A DNA stretch of 41,024 nucleotides from Fonticula alba ATCC 38817 (taxonomy: Eukaryota; Protista; Nucleariida). Position numbers and translations under genes: made by a program. The notes under the pieces were generated by a model. The model saw only the letters and a program-made list of their open reading frames with translations. It made no database searches and was not told the origin of the DNA. Every line of letters starts with the position of its first letter. The stretch's first letter is position 1. The DNA lies in assembly GCA_000388065.2 (NCBI GenBank), contig KB932207.1; one strand, written 5' to 3'. Shown here piece after piece: positions 25,457 to 38,576 of the stretch.

Positions 25457-25510
25457 CGGACACACGGACACACGGACACACGGACACACGGACACACACA
25501 CACACATGCA
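25457..25510 (+). repeat. (CGGACACA)5 tandem repeat running into (CA)n
   Basis: Five exact 8-bp units at 25457-25496. Confidence 0.9.
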
Positions 25511-26195
25511 CGCACACACAGACATGCACCCGGCGCATGCCGCGAGAGGGCGTGCCGGAGCTCGTCACATGTGGGCCAAGCGCGCAATGTCCCGCCCCGC
25601 CCCCAGCGAATGGCAGATTCGGGCGCCCGCTCGTCGACCCCCCCCGAAGGGATGGCACCGGGCGTCCGCCGATCGGATATGTCGCTCACCGGGGTCCGCT
25701 GAGTGCCGGCGGCGACGGCCGGTACGCGACGACAGCCAGGCGTCCGGGTGTCCCAAGCTGCTCTGCGCCCGCCCCCCCCCCCCCCACCTCATATACATGC
25801 TCGGGGAGACCCGGGCGGACAGGGACCTGCGACCGAGCCGTAGCCGAGGGCCGCCTTGGACACCCCGAAGCAAGGCAGCCCGCGCTAACACCTGTTCCGG
25901 CCCTCCCCCGGGCGGCAGGCCGACGAGCAGCAGGCAGCGGGCGCGCAGGGCCGGGAGCGCTGGTCGTGAAGCCGGCGCGCCGCCGCCAGCCACCCACGGG
26001 CGCTCCCTCCCCCACGCCCCCCCAGGGGCCGTCCGTAAAGGAGCCGGCTGACTCCCACCAGGCGGCGGGGCCCTGCACATGGGGCAAAACCGCCACCACG
26101 CCCTCACCAAACGGCCGCGAGCACACGTCCGGCCCTCTGACCCAGCGGTGCACGTCCCTCGGCGCCCTGGGCCCCCGGGTGGGGCCATGGACGCT

Positions 26196-26217
26196 CGCGC
26201 GCGCGCGCGCGCGCGCG
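26196..26217. repeat. (CG)11 microsatellite
   Basis: Uninterrupted alternating CG for 22 bp. Confidence 0.9.
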
Positions 26218-28029
26218 TGGCTAGGGGCACCCCGCCGCCGGGAGCAGCCCCGCCGGAAGAGGGGGCGAGAGAAGGGCAGGCCAAGAAGCTGGGCGGGCGA
26301 CGGACGGCCCGCCTGCCGCGTGGTGGGCGATCCGGCGATGCACGGAGGCCCCCACTCGCGGCACAAAAGCCATGTCAATGGCCCGACCCCGGGGTGAAAG
26401 CCACCCCTCCACGGGGCGACCATTCCCCCCCCCCCCCCCCGCCCCCCTACCAGCACCCAGTGCGCACTCCGTCTTACGAGCGCCTCCGTTGCTGGCCGGG
26501 CCCACGCTCCCCGGCTGACGCACATCAAGCGGCAAGGGAAAACCGCCGCGGCGGCTGCCCAGCCGCCGGGAGGCCAGGGCCTCCTTCGAGGAGCCCGCGC
26601 CCGGGACCGTCAGCGCGCGCCCTGGGTTTTTAATTGCCGCGCGTCGGCGCTGAGCCGCGGCCACGGTCGCGAGTCGCGGCCAGGCCACACGAGAGACACG
26701 CCCCCCCCCCCCCTGCCGCCCCTCGTGCAACACGGGCCGCCCGCATGCGCCCTCCGCCGCCGGTCTCGAGGGCCCTCCCCCCCCCATGACATCGGGCGGC
26801 GAAATGGAAATCCTGTCCGTTGGCAGATGAGGATGGCATGATGCCCTCGCCCGACCCGGTGTGTTTGCCGGCCTCGGCCTCCCCCCCCCCTCCCCGTCTG
26901 GGGCCGGCCGCCGGAGGCGCGCACAACTGTGCTGCCGCGCGCGCGTCTGGCGTTCGCCGCACGGCGCAGCGGAGGGCCGCCCGGGGGTGGCTCCAGTCCC
27001 CCCCCCCCCTCTACGACATGCTCTTCCTCCCTGTGGGCGCCACAAGAAAAGAGCCGCACCACGGATCGCGCGCCGAACGCACGGGACGGGGTCCAGGCCG
27101 TCACCAGTTATGGCACCATGCTGACGGAATCGGGCATGCACCGCGGGGCCTGCCCCAGGCCAGGGAGGGGGAGGCCCGGGGACGTGTCCTTGCCCCTCGT
27201 GTCCCCCCGGAAAAGAACGGACCGGCCCACCTGCGCACCGTGCCGTCCCCTCGCCACTCCCCCCCCCCCGCAGTGCCCATTGCTTAGCAAGCCTACGTCG
27301 GTTGCCCGGCCATCGGCCGGCCGGTCGGTCGGTCGGGACCTTCATGTCACCATCCTTCGCCTGCATGTGCGGCTGCCCCCCCCCCCCCTCTCGCCAGGGT
27401 GCTGGGGCGGCCGGGCGCCCAAAGAGTCGGGACCGATTGAAACACGGTCGGGGTGCCGCGGGCAGGTTCGCGCGCCCGGCGCGTGTGCCGCGCCAATTTT
27501 ACCCGGACCCCACTGCTCCCGCCGGCCTTCCTCCCCCGGCTCCGGCGCCAGGCCCGACAACATCAGACCACCCCGGCGGCAGTGGCTCGTCCACACAACC
27601 ACCATCGGTCGGCAACCGTTTCACCACTCCCTGGCGAACCCCCAGGCCCCCCCTGCGCGCCCCCACGAACACGACCCCGCCTGCCCGCCCGCCCGCCCGC
27701 CCACCGTGCCCTGGCAGGGACGCCCAATCTGCTATGGGAGAATGCGGTACTGGAAGCAGGACGATCCGACAAATCAGACGCCGGCCTGCTGCGGGTGCCC
27801 CAACGCAGCATGGCCAAGCCCGGATGCGGACGGAAAAAGCAGCACAAAAGAGGATGTATTGGGGGGGGGGGGATGAAGAGAAAGGACACGCAGGCAGGGA
27901 GGAAAGGAGCAGATATTCCCTCGTGCCCCCCCTCCTCTTTCTCTCTCTGGCTCGCTCGCACAAGCAAAGGGCCAGCAGAAAGAGAGGGGCAGAAGAGGGA
28001 AAGGGAAGGGGCTGGGCCTGTCTCTTGCT

Positions 28030-31000
28030 TTAGTTGCCGCGGTCCGGGAGCTGCTGCATGTCAGCCCCCTCGTCGTCGCCGGCATCGCGCATCTCCTCGT
28101 CCTCATCTTCCTCCTCGCCCTGCGCCACCACCAGGTCAATCGACCCCTGGCCATCGCAGCCCAGGTACGAGTCGCTGATGAGGTAGATGTTGTAGGTGTG
28201 CTTCCCGGCGGTCGGGGGGACAAAGCTCAAGGACAGGTCAAGCGACTTCTGGAGAGTCACACGCTGCGCGCGCGCGGGGGGGCAGGGCGGGAGGAGGGAG
28301 AGAGGGCGAAACAAAAGAAAGAAGAAAGGGAAGAAGAAAGGGAAGAAGAAAGAGAAAGAGAATGGTTAGAAGAGACATGGCTCGCGGGAACAGCAGCAGA
28401 GACAGAAAGAGCCCCGCATCTCGCACACGCGCGCACCTTAATCTCAAACAGCGTGTTCGAAGCCAGATCGCCGATAACCACCCACCAGGACTCGTCCTTC
28501 GGGTGGGGATAGTACGGGGCAATGACATCGCCCACCTCCTCCGGCTCCTCGTCCTCGGCCAGCTCCTCGTCCGGGTCGCGCACAAGCTGGATGCTGACCT
28601 CCACCTCGTCGCTGGTGGTGATCTCCTCGGCCGGCGTGGCCACCTCGTAGGAGATGTCCACATCCGGGTACCGGTTGCAGTAGGCAGCCACCTCCTCCAG
28701 CTGGCGGTTGGTCAGACCGGCCAGCAGCTGATCCCGGTCCTCGTCCTCCAGGCCCTGGATGTCGTGCACGGTGGCCACCCCGAGGGACTGGGCCTTGGCC
28801 AGCAGATCCGGCCCAAAGTGCGGGACCTGGCGCAGCATCGGCTCCGTGTCCCACTGGGCCTGGACCAGCATCTGGGAGATGTCCATGGCCGCCAGGGCCG
28901 GCGTCAGCCAGCTATTGGAGGAAATGACATCGATGCAGGCCCGGAGCAGGACCAGCGCCCGGCCAACGACCAGCTTCCGGTCGGCCTCCAGGTCGGCCGG
29001 CAGGGCGAACCGCGAGAAATGCGCCTGCAGCAGCAGGAAGGCCTTGGTATGCGGGTCGTTGAAGGCCCGGTCGGCCGGCAGCTTGAGCTTCACGCGATCA
29101 TGCAGGCGCTCCAGCAACAGATCCTCCCGATGGCGCATCGGCAGGTCGGAGAACTCGCTGGCCGCCGACAGGATGCTGAGCAGGCCACGCTGGCGGATGC
29201 GCGCCGTGAGCGACCGCGCAAAGTACTATGTGTGCCGCACAGGGGGGTGTCAGTATACCATGCGGAGCAATGTGCCACGGGTGGGTGAATGGAGTGGGGG
29301 CGGAGAGGACAGAGAGGACAGAGAGAGCAGAGAGAGCAGAGAGAATAGAGAGAATAGAGAGAATAGAGAGAGAGAGAGAGAGGACAGAGAGATGGGCAGG
29401 AGCAAACCCAAGAGACAACCGTACCTCGATCGTGGTGTACTGGATGTTGTAGAAGGCCGCAATGCGGCCCAAATTCAGCGGAGCAACCGAGTCCTCCTCA
29501 ATCTCAATGCACTTGGACTCGCTCAGGTCCACCAGGGTATCCTCCGCCAGCTTGGACAGGTACTCGTTGATATGGTCACTGTCCACCCCCTCCAGACTGT
29601 AGTAGTTGGGGTTGCGCGTCAGGCGCTGGAAGAAGTACGTCCAGGTGAAGTAGTCCAGCGCATCCTGGAAGCAGCCAATCACATCGGCACACACTTCGGC
29701 ATTGATGTGGTCGTGCAGCCGGTGCGGCAGGTGGCTCTCCACCGGCAGCGCCTCGAAGAGGAACTTCTTCAGGTAGTCCCGCGAGGCGGCCGGGCACAAG
29801 ACCAGCGCATAGGCCGCATCGTCCTCCAGCGGCCGACAGGCCCGGCCCAGCATCTGATGAATGTCCGCCAGGGGATACGTCACATACCGATGCTCCCGAC
29901 CATCGAAGGCCTGGGTCCCGTGGAGAACCACCAACGAGGAGACCATCCCCCGGGGCATGCCCCAGCAGGTGGCCGCCGTGGCCACCACCACCTGGATGGC
30001 CCCGGCCGCGAAGAGGGTCTCCACGGTCCGACGCTCCAGCGACGACATGGCCTCATGGTAGTAGGCAATGCCACAGGGCAGCAACTCCTGCAGAGTGGCA
30101 TCCCCAGCGAAGACCGGCAGGAAGCGCTCGATCTCGGCCGGCGGCACATGCAGGAAGGCGGTTCGATCGCCGGCCGCCTCGGCCAGGCCCTGCAACTCCA
30201 GGGCCGTCAGCCGGGCCTGGCGCCGGGAGGCCGTGAAGACGATGGCCGGCTTGCCGCCCTGCGCGGCGATGGCCCGGAAGGTGGGCTTCGCCATGGCCAA
30301 CATCAGCGACTGGTGATGGCTGATGCCGAACCCCTGGATGCTGATCTCCAGCGGCACCGGCCGCACGCTCGGGTGGAAGTTGAACACGGCAAAGGGCTTC
30401 ACATGCAGCCAGGCCGCCACATCGCGCGCATTGGCCAAAGGATAGGACAAGCCCACCAGGCGCACCGGGTGCTCGGTACGCGACCGGATCAAATTCAACC
30501 GCGACAGGACCACCTCAATGGTGGGCCCCAGGGAATCGCTGCCCAGCAGGTGCAGCTCATCGGCGATGAAGAGATCCACCGACTGGACATTGCGCCGGCG
30601 CATCCACCGGCGGGACAGGACATCCCAATGGCTCGGCACCGTCAGCACGATGTCCCCCACTTCCAGGAGCTTCAAATCGGCCGACGACTCGCCGGTCAGC
30701 ACGACCACATGCTTGTTGAGCTCGGCAAACTTGCCGCGCCACTCGGTGGCCAGCTCCTCCAGCGCCTCGGCCCGGGGGGTCATGTAGACCACGCGGCTCC
30801 GAGCGCCGGGGGCCTGCTGCTGCCAAAGTCGCAGCATGGCCAGCTCCGCACACAGGGTCTTCCCGGACCCGGTGCGCGCACACACCAGGGCATTCTCATT
30901 GGAATTGAAGAGCACCGGGAAGCACTGGGTCTGCACCGGATTGAAGTACTTGATGGCACCCTGGTAGATGCGCACAAACTCCGGCCGGCCGAGGGCCGAC

Positions 31001-34000
31001 ACCAGCTGCGGCTGCAAGTCATGCAGCTCCGTGTGCGGGGGGAACTGCTCCGGCAGGATCATGTTCTTCAGGGACACCGGACGCGTGGTCGGGGCCGTGA
31101 GCCAACGCTCGGAGATGATCTTGACAAAGTAATTCGGCGCCAAGGGCTCGAACACCGGCACCGTGAAGTCCATATAGTGGTCCTCCTGGCTGTAGCGGGC
31201 CTTCAGCACGAAGGTGTCATGATAGAGGATGGTCTCCTGGTCGACATCCTGCACCAGGACCAGGAAGGTTTCGGCCGCGCCATGGACACGCTCCGTGAAC
31301 TCGAAGTCCGGGGTGATGGTCAGCGACATGCGCAGCAGCGACCGCGACAGCGGCAGGACATCGATGGCCAGCAGCAACTTCGGCACTTGGTGGATGGCCT
31401 GGTACAGGGTCTTGCCGAGGTACGACTGCCGGACCAGCTCTCCCAGCTCGATGTAGCTCAAATCCGCCAGCCGGTCAAAGGACAGCCCCTTGGTTTCGAG
31501 GCTGGCCACCGTGGCCGCCGGCAGGTGGGGGAATTGCCGCAGCGGGGACATCGACAGCCAGCACCGCTTGTCCACGATCTTGCAGAAGTCCAGCGTCTTC
31601 TCGGTCATGGAGGCCCACCGGCGCTCGAGGCAAATCTCGTGCATGGCTCGGGCCAGACGCCCGGCCGACTGCGTGATGTACACCATGTCCGACAGCAGGG
31701 CAAAGCCATCCAGCCGCAGGCGCGAAATGTACGACTGCAGCAGGACATTCACCTTGGCCGAGGGCTCGTCCACCGACTCGCGCACCGGGATCGGCACATT
31801 CTCCAGGAGCTTCTGCAATTCGAGCTTCTCCTCCGACCGGACGGAAATGTACTTGAACTCCTCGGCCAGGGAAAACACCCGGAGCAGCTCGATCTCGGTC
31901 ATGGTCGGGCGCAGGTGATTGCTGAAGGCCACCATCGTCCCGTGGGTGATGTAGTAATGCGAGGCAATGCGGCCCAGCTCGGTGGCCTGCAGGCGCCCGG
32001 ACTGGCGATCATACCGGACCAGCTGGTGCCGGTCCAGGGCACTGGCCGCCGCGTGGATCAGGTCGGTCCGGCGCTGCAGCAGGGTCGGATCGCGGGCCAA
32101 CTCCTCGGCCGGGACTTGGTATGTGCCCGGCGAATGGAGCATGCGCACATGCAGGTACGTGTACTCCAGCCACCGGACGGCATCCGCCCGGTTGGTCACG
32201 GTCCCCAGGACAATCTCGGCATTCAGGTTGTCCGTCAGGCGGGAAATGAACTGCGACTCGATGGGCAGCTGCTGATTCAGCAGCGACAGATAATACTGCA
32301 GCTCATTGTGCGTGGTGATGAGGATGCCCTCGCCGAAGGTGTCATACTGCGGCCGGCCGGCACGACCGACCATCTGCATGACATCCTGCGGGGAGAGTTC
32401 CACCCAGGCTCCCTTCTCCGGGTTGTACACCTGGGTGCCCTTGATGATGACCGCGTGCGCCGGCAGGTTAACACCCCAGGCCAGGGTGGCCGTGGAAACC
32501 AACACCCGGATGTGGCCCCCGGCAAAGAGATCCTCCACCAGGGTCCGGTCCTCGCGCGTCAGACCGGCATGATGGATGCCAAAACCCAAGGGCAGGAGGG
32601 CCTGCAGGTCCGGGCTGGTGGCATTGCGCGCCTCGGTGCGCAGGATCTCCCGCGAGCCGGCATCCTCGGCCACAAAGTGCCCGAGGGTCTCCCGCTCGAG
32701 GGCCAGGTCGGCCACCATCTTGGCGGTCTTGGCCGTGTCATTACGCGAGTGGACAAAGACAATGACCTGCTGCTGCTTCCGGCAGAAGTCCAATGTCTTC
32801 TCGTAGGTGATGTCATTGGACACCTGGAAGCGCCGGAGGGCCCGCTTCTCCGTGATGCCGATGAAGCTCATCTGCAGGGGACACGGCCGGAAGGACGAAT
32901 CGAAGTAGTACAGCCCACGGGCCGGGTCCACGCGCATGAAGGCCGCCACGTCGCGGTAATTCGGCAGCGTGGCCGACAGGGCCACCAGGCGCACCGGCTC
33001 GCGGGTTTGCTCGATATGGCGAATGGTACGCGAAATGACCGACTCCAGCACCGGGCCACGATCATCATGCAGCAGGTGCACCTCATCGATGATGATCAGG
33101 CTCACCAGGTTGGTGTATGACCGGTCGTTGGCCTTGCGAGTGATGATGTCCCACTTTTCCGGCGTGGTGACGATGATTTGGGTCTCGGCAATTTGGGCCT
33201 TGGTCAGCTGCGCGTCACCGGTCAACTCGGCCACATTGACCCCGAGGTAGGCCAAGCGCGAGCGGAAGTTCCCGACCATCTCCTGCACCAGGGCCTTCAT
33301 CGGGGCGATGTAGACAATCTTGAAGTCCCCCAGACGCAGGGACCCATCGGCCTCGCGGAAGTGGCTGATGGCCCGCAGGGCAGTCAGCATGGCCACATTG
33401 GTCTTACCGGCACCGGTCGGCGCACAGATCAACATATTCTCGTCACTCTGGAAGGCACAGGGGAAGACCCGGCTCTGCACGCGATTCAGGCTGGTGGCCG
33501 AGGGGAAGGCATCCTTGGCCCAGGCTGGCAGGCTGCTGATCGGCACCAGCTCCTCGCCGGCGGCCAGGGGGGCCGGCTGGCTGTACGGCACCAGGACCTC
33601 CTCGTAGCCACGATGCGGCGTCCGGGTGGTCCCCTCCGGCAGGGTGACCTTGGTGTTGGACATCAAATGCCCGCCCTGGGTGAAGGCCAGCGACTCCAGG
33701 TCGATGTTGCTCCGGGGGATGACCGTCAGTGGGCGGCCATCCGGGCCGGTGAACTGCGAGTCCGGCCCGGCGTCGGCCGCCTGGGAGCCGCCGGCCGCCG
33801 GCCGCGGAGCTCCGCCAGAGCCGCCGGCCGCCGGGGCGTCGCTGGCCCGCAGGCTCGGGTCCAGGAGCTGGGCCAGGATCGGCTGCAGCGAGGGGTCCTG
33901 GCGCATGCGTGCCTCCAGGGCCTGGCGATCGGCCGGGTTTTGGGCCTGGTGGAAGCGCGTGCAATACAGGACGACATTGCGGTTGCGCGTCAGCAGCCGA

Positions 34001-35438
34001 ATCAGCGGGAAGACCTTCTCATTGGGGCCGAAGAAGTCCACCAGGCCGGACTCGCTGTCACGCAGGGAGGTGGCCTCCTCCAGGATGTCCAGAATCTCGT
34101 TGGCGCTGTTGAAGCGGGTCTGCTCATCCGGGAAGAAGGGCTGCAATTGGGCCTGCAGCCACTGGGCACCGACCTGATGAGGCTGCAGCCGGGCCTGGCT
34201 GGAGCCGGCGCCGGCGCCGGCCGGGGCCGCCATCACCGAGGCGGTCCCGGCGCCGGGGCCGCCTTCACCGCTGGGGATCAAATCCGACGCGCGGATTTGC
34301 TGGTCCATGGCCAGCTCGTCGCCCTCGTCCTGGTCGAGGTGGTCATCATCCAGCGCCTCGTAGGAGAGGGCGCTCTGGCCGGAGGCGGCCTCGGCATTGG
34401 CGGCCGCCTCGTCGTCATCGGCGTCAAAGAGCACCGACACTCCGACGTCGGCCGTGGTGGCGGACACCACATTCCCGGTGTCGGACCCGAAGTCGGTGAT
34501 GGCGCGGCCGAGGTTCAGCAGCTGGGAGAACCGATCGGTGGAGAGGGTGGCCCCGGTCCCGAGCAGGGCCTCCACTTGGGTCTTGCGGTCGTGGTCGCGC
34601 AGCTTGTCGTCCTTCAGGATGGACAGGATCTCGTCGGTGGCCCCGCGAACAATGTCCTGCGGCATGCCATCCAGGAACTGCTGCACGAAGGTGAGCATAT
34701 GCTCGAAGGCCTCGCGCGTCTGCGTCGTCCGCGGAACGTAGGCACCACTCTGTGCATGTGGTGGGAGGGGGGGGGGGACACATGGTCAGGGGGGGAAGGG
34801 GGGGGGCCGAGGCCGAGAGCGCAGGGTGTGGGGAGCATGGGGGACAGGGAATCCCGGGGGAAGAGGGGGGGGGGGACGCACCTCGAGCTCGTTGAAGGTG
34901 TCCAGGAAGGAGACATTGCCCGAGCGCTTGGCTCGCTTCTGGCGATGCTCCTGCTCCTCCTTATGCAGTCTATTGCAGGAAGAGGGGGAGAGGAAAGGGC
35001 AGGTCGAGGCAGGGGAGGGGGGAGAGCAGAGAGTCAGCGACATGTGAGTGGGGGCGACATGGGCCAGGGATGGGAGCACAACATACCGGCGCTTCTCGGA
35101 GATCACCTTCTCGTCGAAGGTGTCCCGGGCAATGCGAGTGCCAAAGGAGTCCTTGGTGATACGACCGGCCAGGGACTCCGGCGTGCCCTTGGGCTCGTCG
35201 ACAAAGTGGGTCCTGCGGGGCGACAGTTGGTGGGGGGGGGTTAGACTCGGCCGGGGAGAGGCAGAGAGGGCCGGGCGGGCACGAGTAACCAGCGAGCAAC
35301 CAGCTAGGGGAAGGAAGAGGAACGAAGCAGAGGGAGGAGGGGGGAGACTGGGAGCCGTGCGCACCGCTTGGTCTCGATGACATTGCTCGACACCTGATGG
35401 TAGTCATACTGCTTCTGACGGGCAATATTCTCAGCCAT
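28030..35438 (-). CDS. BRR2: U5 snRNP 200-kDa Ski2-like RNA helicase Brr2 (SNRNP200), 2211 aa
   Basis: Exons 35438-35365, 35212-35087, 34969-34882, 34749-29425, 29225-28437, 28263-28030 (6636 nt). N-terminus MAENIARQKQYDY. Cassette 1 has APTGAGKT/DEVH/LSATLPN/QMVGRAGRPQYD; the degenerate cassette 2 has ARTGSGKT/DELH/LSYP. Two Sec63 units, ending ESWWVVIGD...YLISDSYLGCD. Confidence 0.98.
29303..29390 (-). repeat. Compound CT-rich microsatellite in BRR2 intron 4
   Basis: (TC)n interrupted by repeating ATT/TGC/GTCC units (plus strand AGAGAGAAT x3, AGAGAGCAG x2). Confidence 0.8.
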
Positions 35439-36760
35439 GGTGGACGACGGGGGACCTCACGCGGGCTGCAGGGGCCAGCGGGTGGTTGAAGATGAAAGAC
35501 GGGGGGGAGGGGGGGGGGGAGGAGGGCCGAGTGGGCGCGAAAGCCACGGGGCAACCTGCCGAAATGCGGCCGGGGTGGAGGGGGCGGGGAAGAGAGGGGG
35601 AGGGGGCGGGGAAGGGGGATCGAGGCAAAGAAAGGAGGGAGGAAGGTCGGGGGGGGGGGAGGAGGAGGAGGAGAGGGGCCTTTCCTGCGAGTTGATCTGG
35701 CAGCTTCACCAACGGGCAGAGGTGCAAGGGTGCCTCTTCGATTGGACAGGGGGTGGGGGGGGGGGAGGGCGCGCGGATAGAGGCTAGCACCAACGCGCGT
35801 GGGCGACGGAGGAAGCGGAAAGCAAAGAGGCATGCTGCACAGGGCACAGGCCCCCCACTCTGGGGGGAATAATGCGCGCGCGCGCGCGGCCGGCGCCCGG
35901 CGAATGACCGGGAAAAAGCGCCCGCCTCTGGCGCAATGCCCGCGCGCGCGCGCGCGCGTTTGCGGGGGCCTGTCTCCGTGTCTCTCTCTGTCTCTTTCGG
36001 CCCAGCTCCTTTGCGGGCATGCGTGCGTGGGTATGCGTGGGGGCGCGGGCCAGGCGGCCCAGCGGGGGGAGGGCGTTCTCCCGGCCCCGCGCGCGTGCGC
36101 GCGCGCCCGTGCGGCGAAAACAGGAGGACACTCTGGCGGGGCTCAACGGACGCAGGCAGTGGGTTGGCAGTGCGCCGGCAGCTCCCGCCGGATATGGGCG
36201 TGGGCGCCGGCCGGCGGGAGGTCCAGCCCAGGGACCGTTGCTTGCTTGCTTGCCTGCTTGCGGCGGCGCGCGGCCTTCGCGGGCGCCATCACCGGCATGA
36301 TTGGATCACGCAGGTCGCGGCGGTGTTTAGGTTCAGTGGTGAATGGTGTTTTGTGGGGGTGTGACTCGCTGATCGTCCTGAACGCCGTGGGCTCCCAACC
36401 GGCCAAGTATCCCTCCCTTTTTTATACGGGCCCATATTTGCGGAGGGGTGTTTCTGAGCCCTCCAGGCCTTTCGGTTGTCAGTTTCTTGTTGTCCCCCCC
36501 GGCGGGGCTCGTCCGCCCGGCTCTTCTCCTCCCGGAGCGCGCGCACCAGGCGGCAGCGGGGCGGGGGCCGGCGGGGGGGGGGGGGGCATCTGGCCCTAAA
36601 CCGGGCTTTTCTTTATGCCTGCCAGGCCGGCAGGGTGGCAGCCGATCTTTCTTCCTCCCTCTCCTGCCGGGTGCCTGCTGCTGTTCGACGCGGGTGTGTG
36701 AAAATACCTTGCCTGTTGCGAACGCACCGCGGCCGGGGGGGGGGGGGGGGGGGGGGGGGG

Positions 36761-36810
36761 NNNNNNNNNNNNNNNNNNNNNNNNNNNNNNNNNNNNNNNN
36801 NNNNNNNNNN
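36761..36810. other. Assembly gap (50 N)
   Basis: N run preceded by a 26-G homopolymer. Confidence 0.99.
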
Positions 36811-37574
36811 GGCCGTCTGGCGGTCCTTCCGCAGCTGGGGGAATCCTCAGCGACGAACACGCCCGCCGATCGGCGCTGCCAGGGCGGGTCGCCAGCGTTG
36901 TCATGGGAGGCAGCGAGCGGAGGGGGACAGTCTGCCCGCACGGTGCCCAGGCCGGTGTACGTGCGAGCGCGGCCCGGCGTTCCGGCATACGTCGGCATTT
37001 ACCTGGGGGGGGGGGACTTCACGCAGCAAAGGCCACATTTGCACATTCGCCGGCGGCGGGCCTGGCGTTTCTTGCCACCGCCCTGGGCGAGGAGTCTTGC
37101 GCGGGCACGCGGGTGTGTGTCGCCTGTGCACCGACGTTCCCGGGCCTCTTGCAGAGGGGCCGCGGCCCAGGGGCCACTGGGCCTGGGAAGGGGGACGCTT
37201 GTTCCCCGCGAGCGGACAAAGCCGGGGGGGGGGGAAGCATGGTTCGCTGGTGTGCGCGACGCCCGGCCGTTTTTTCCCTGCCTCGTGCTCCTGCCGGCTG
37301 GCGCAGCTTCACATCTGGCCTGTGTGCCGGCCCCGCGCCCCGCCCCCCCCCCCCCTGCCCGCCGACCGCGGTGGGCAGGGGCGGATCGCTGCCCGGGGGG
37401 TGCCTGGGCCCCTCTCTCGCCAATTTCTTCGGCCGCCACAGCCTTCGCGGCGCCCGGGTGCGCCGGCAACCCCCCTCGGTAGATTGATTTCTCTTATCTC
37501 CTACCTCCCACCCCGTCCCTTTCCCCACCCTTTGTGTTGCCCCCCCCCCTTTCCTTCCTCTCCCAGCCACCACC

Positions 37575-38576
37575 ATGTCCTCCACCAAGACGTACGTCTG
37601 TCCACCGCACGCACGCGCGCACGCACATGGGCCCCGATGGCGGCCCTTTGCCGTGCTCCTCCGCCCTCGCTCCTTCTCTCTCTCTCTCTCTCTCTCGCTC
37701 GCTCGTTCTCTCCATACGCACACGCACACGCACATGCCCACATCCTCGCATGCCACTGACCTCCCCCCTCGCTTCCGCCACACGCCATGCCCCGCCTTCT
37801 CTCCAATGCCCGACGCAGCCTCACCATGGCCGAGGTTGCCAAGCACAACACCGAGTCCGACTGCTACCTGGTCATCAATGGCAACGCCTACGATGTCACC
37901 AAGTTCCTCGACAACCACCCCGGTGGCCAGGAGATCATCGTCGAGCTGGCCGGTACCGACGCCACCGACGCCTTCGCCGACATTGGCCACTCCCTCGAGG
38001 CTCAGCAGGATCTGGAGAACTACCTGGTCGGCCCGGTCTCCGATGCCCCGAAGAAGGGCAAGAAGGCCGTACGTGTCCGCCCCCCCCCCCCCCTATTCCT
38101 CGCTGCTCCTCGAACGCACGCTTCTTTTCATTTGGTGCCAGACGGGCTGTCCGCCTGGCAGATGAGGGGCCCATCTTCATTCCCCCCCCCTGTCCCTTTC
38201 TTTCTTTCTCTCTCTGCTTCTGCATCTCCCTGTTTATGCATTTCCCTGTTTGTCGATGGCCCCCCACTCACAGCCTCTGCCTGCCATGTATACCTCCACA
38301 CATGTCCACCCGCACCCGCATCCCTGCACGTCCAGAAGGCCGCTGCCCCGACCCAGGTCCCGATCCGCGACAACGCCACCCAGCCCTTCAAGTGCGTGCT
38401 GCATCGCATCCAGAGGCTCCTCACGCCCCCTTGCCTGACATTGTTGTTGTCTCCTGCCTCGCCGTGGCGCACACGACTAACCCTCTGGCTTTCCTCCCCT
38501 CGGACACAGCCCCATGCTGGTGGTCATCCCCCTCGTCGCCATCATGGCCATCGCCGTTGCCTACTTCTACAAGTAA
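37575..38576 (+). CDS. CYB5: Cytochrome b5, tail-anchored, 129 aa
   Basis: Exons 37575-37591, 37819-38068, 38336-38391, 38510-38576 (390 nt). EVAKHN..DCYLVING..YDVTKFLDNHPGG..AGTDATDAFADIGHS carries both haem His ligands; C-terminal TM segment PMLVVIPLVAIMAIAVAYFYK. Confidence 0.96.

Noticed and set aside
27431-27449. GACCG-ATTGAAACA-CGGTC hairpin sharing TTGAAACACGG with LSU rRNA
   Set aside because: An 11-nt sense match with no flanking rRNA similarity, and the wrong orientation for a snoRNA guide.
26929-27876. 315-aa plus-strand ORF converging on BRR2
   Set aside because: Low complexity, no recognisable motif, weak codon bias and no coherent splice model. Not excluded, but not supportable.
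28759-35244. Very long plus-strand ORFs (1453 aa and 688 aa) opposite BRR2
   Set aside because: The 1453-aa ORF is in codon register with BRR2, so it stays open because BRR2 avoids TTA/CTA/TCA codons. Neither ORF shows a domain motif; they are antisense shadows.
36997-37060. ATTTACCTGG...ATTTGCAC resembling the U1 snRNA 5' end and loop II
   Set aside because: No ACTTACC match, no U1-70K loop, no Sm site and no four-way junction stems.
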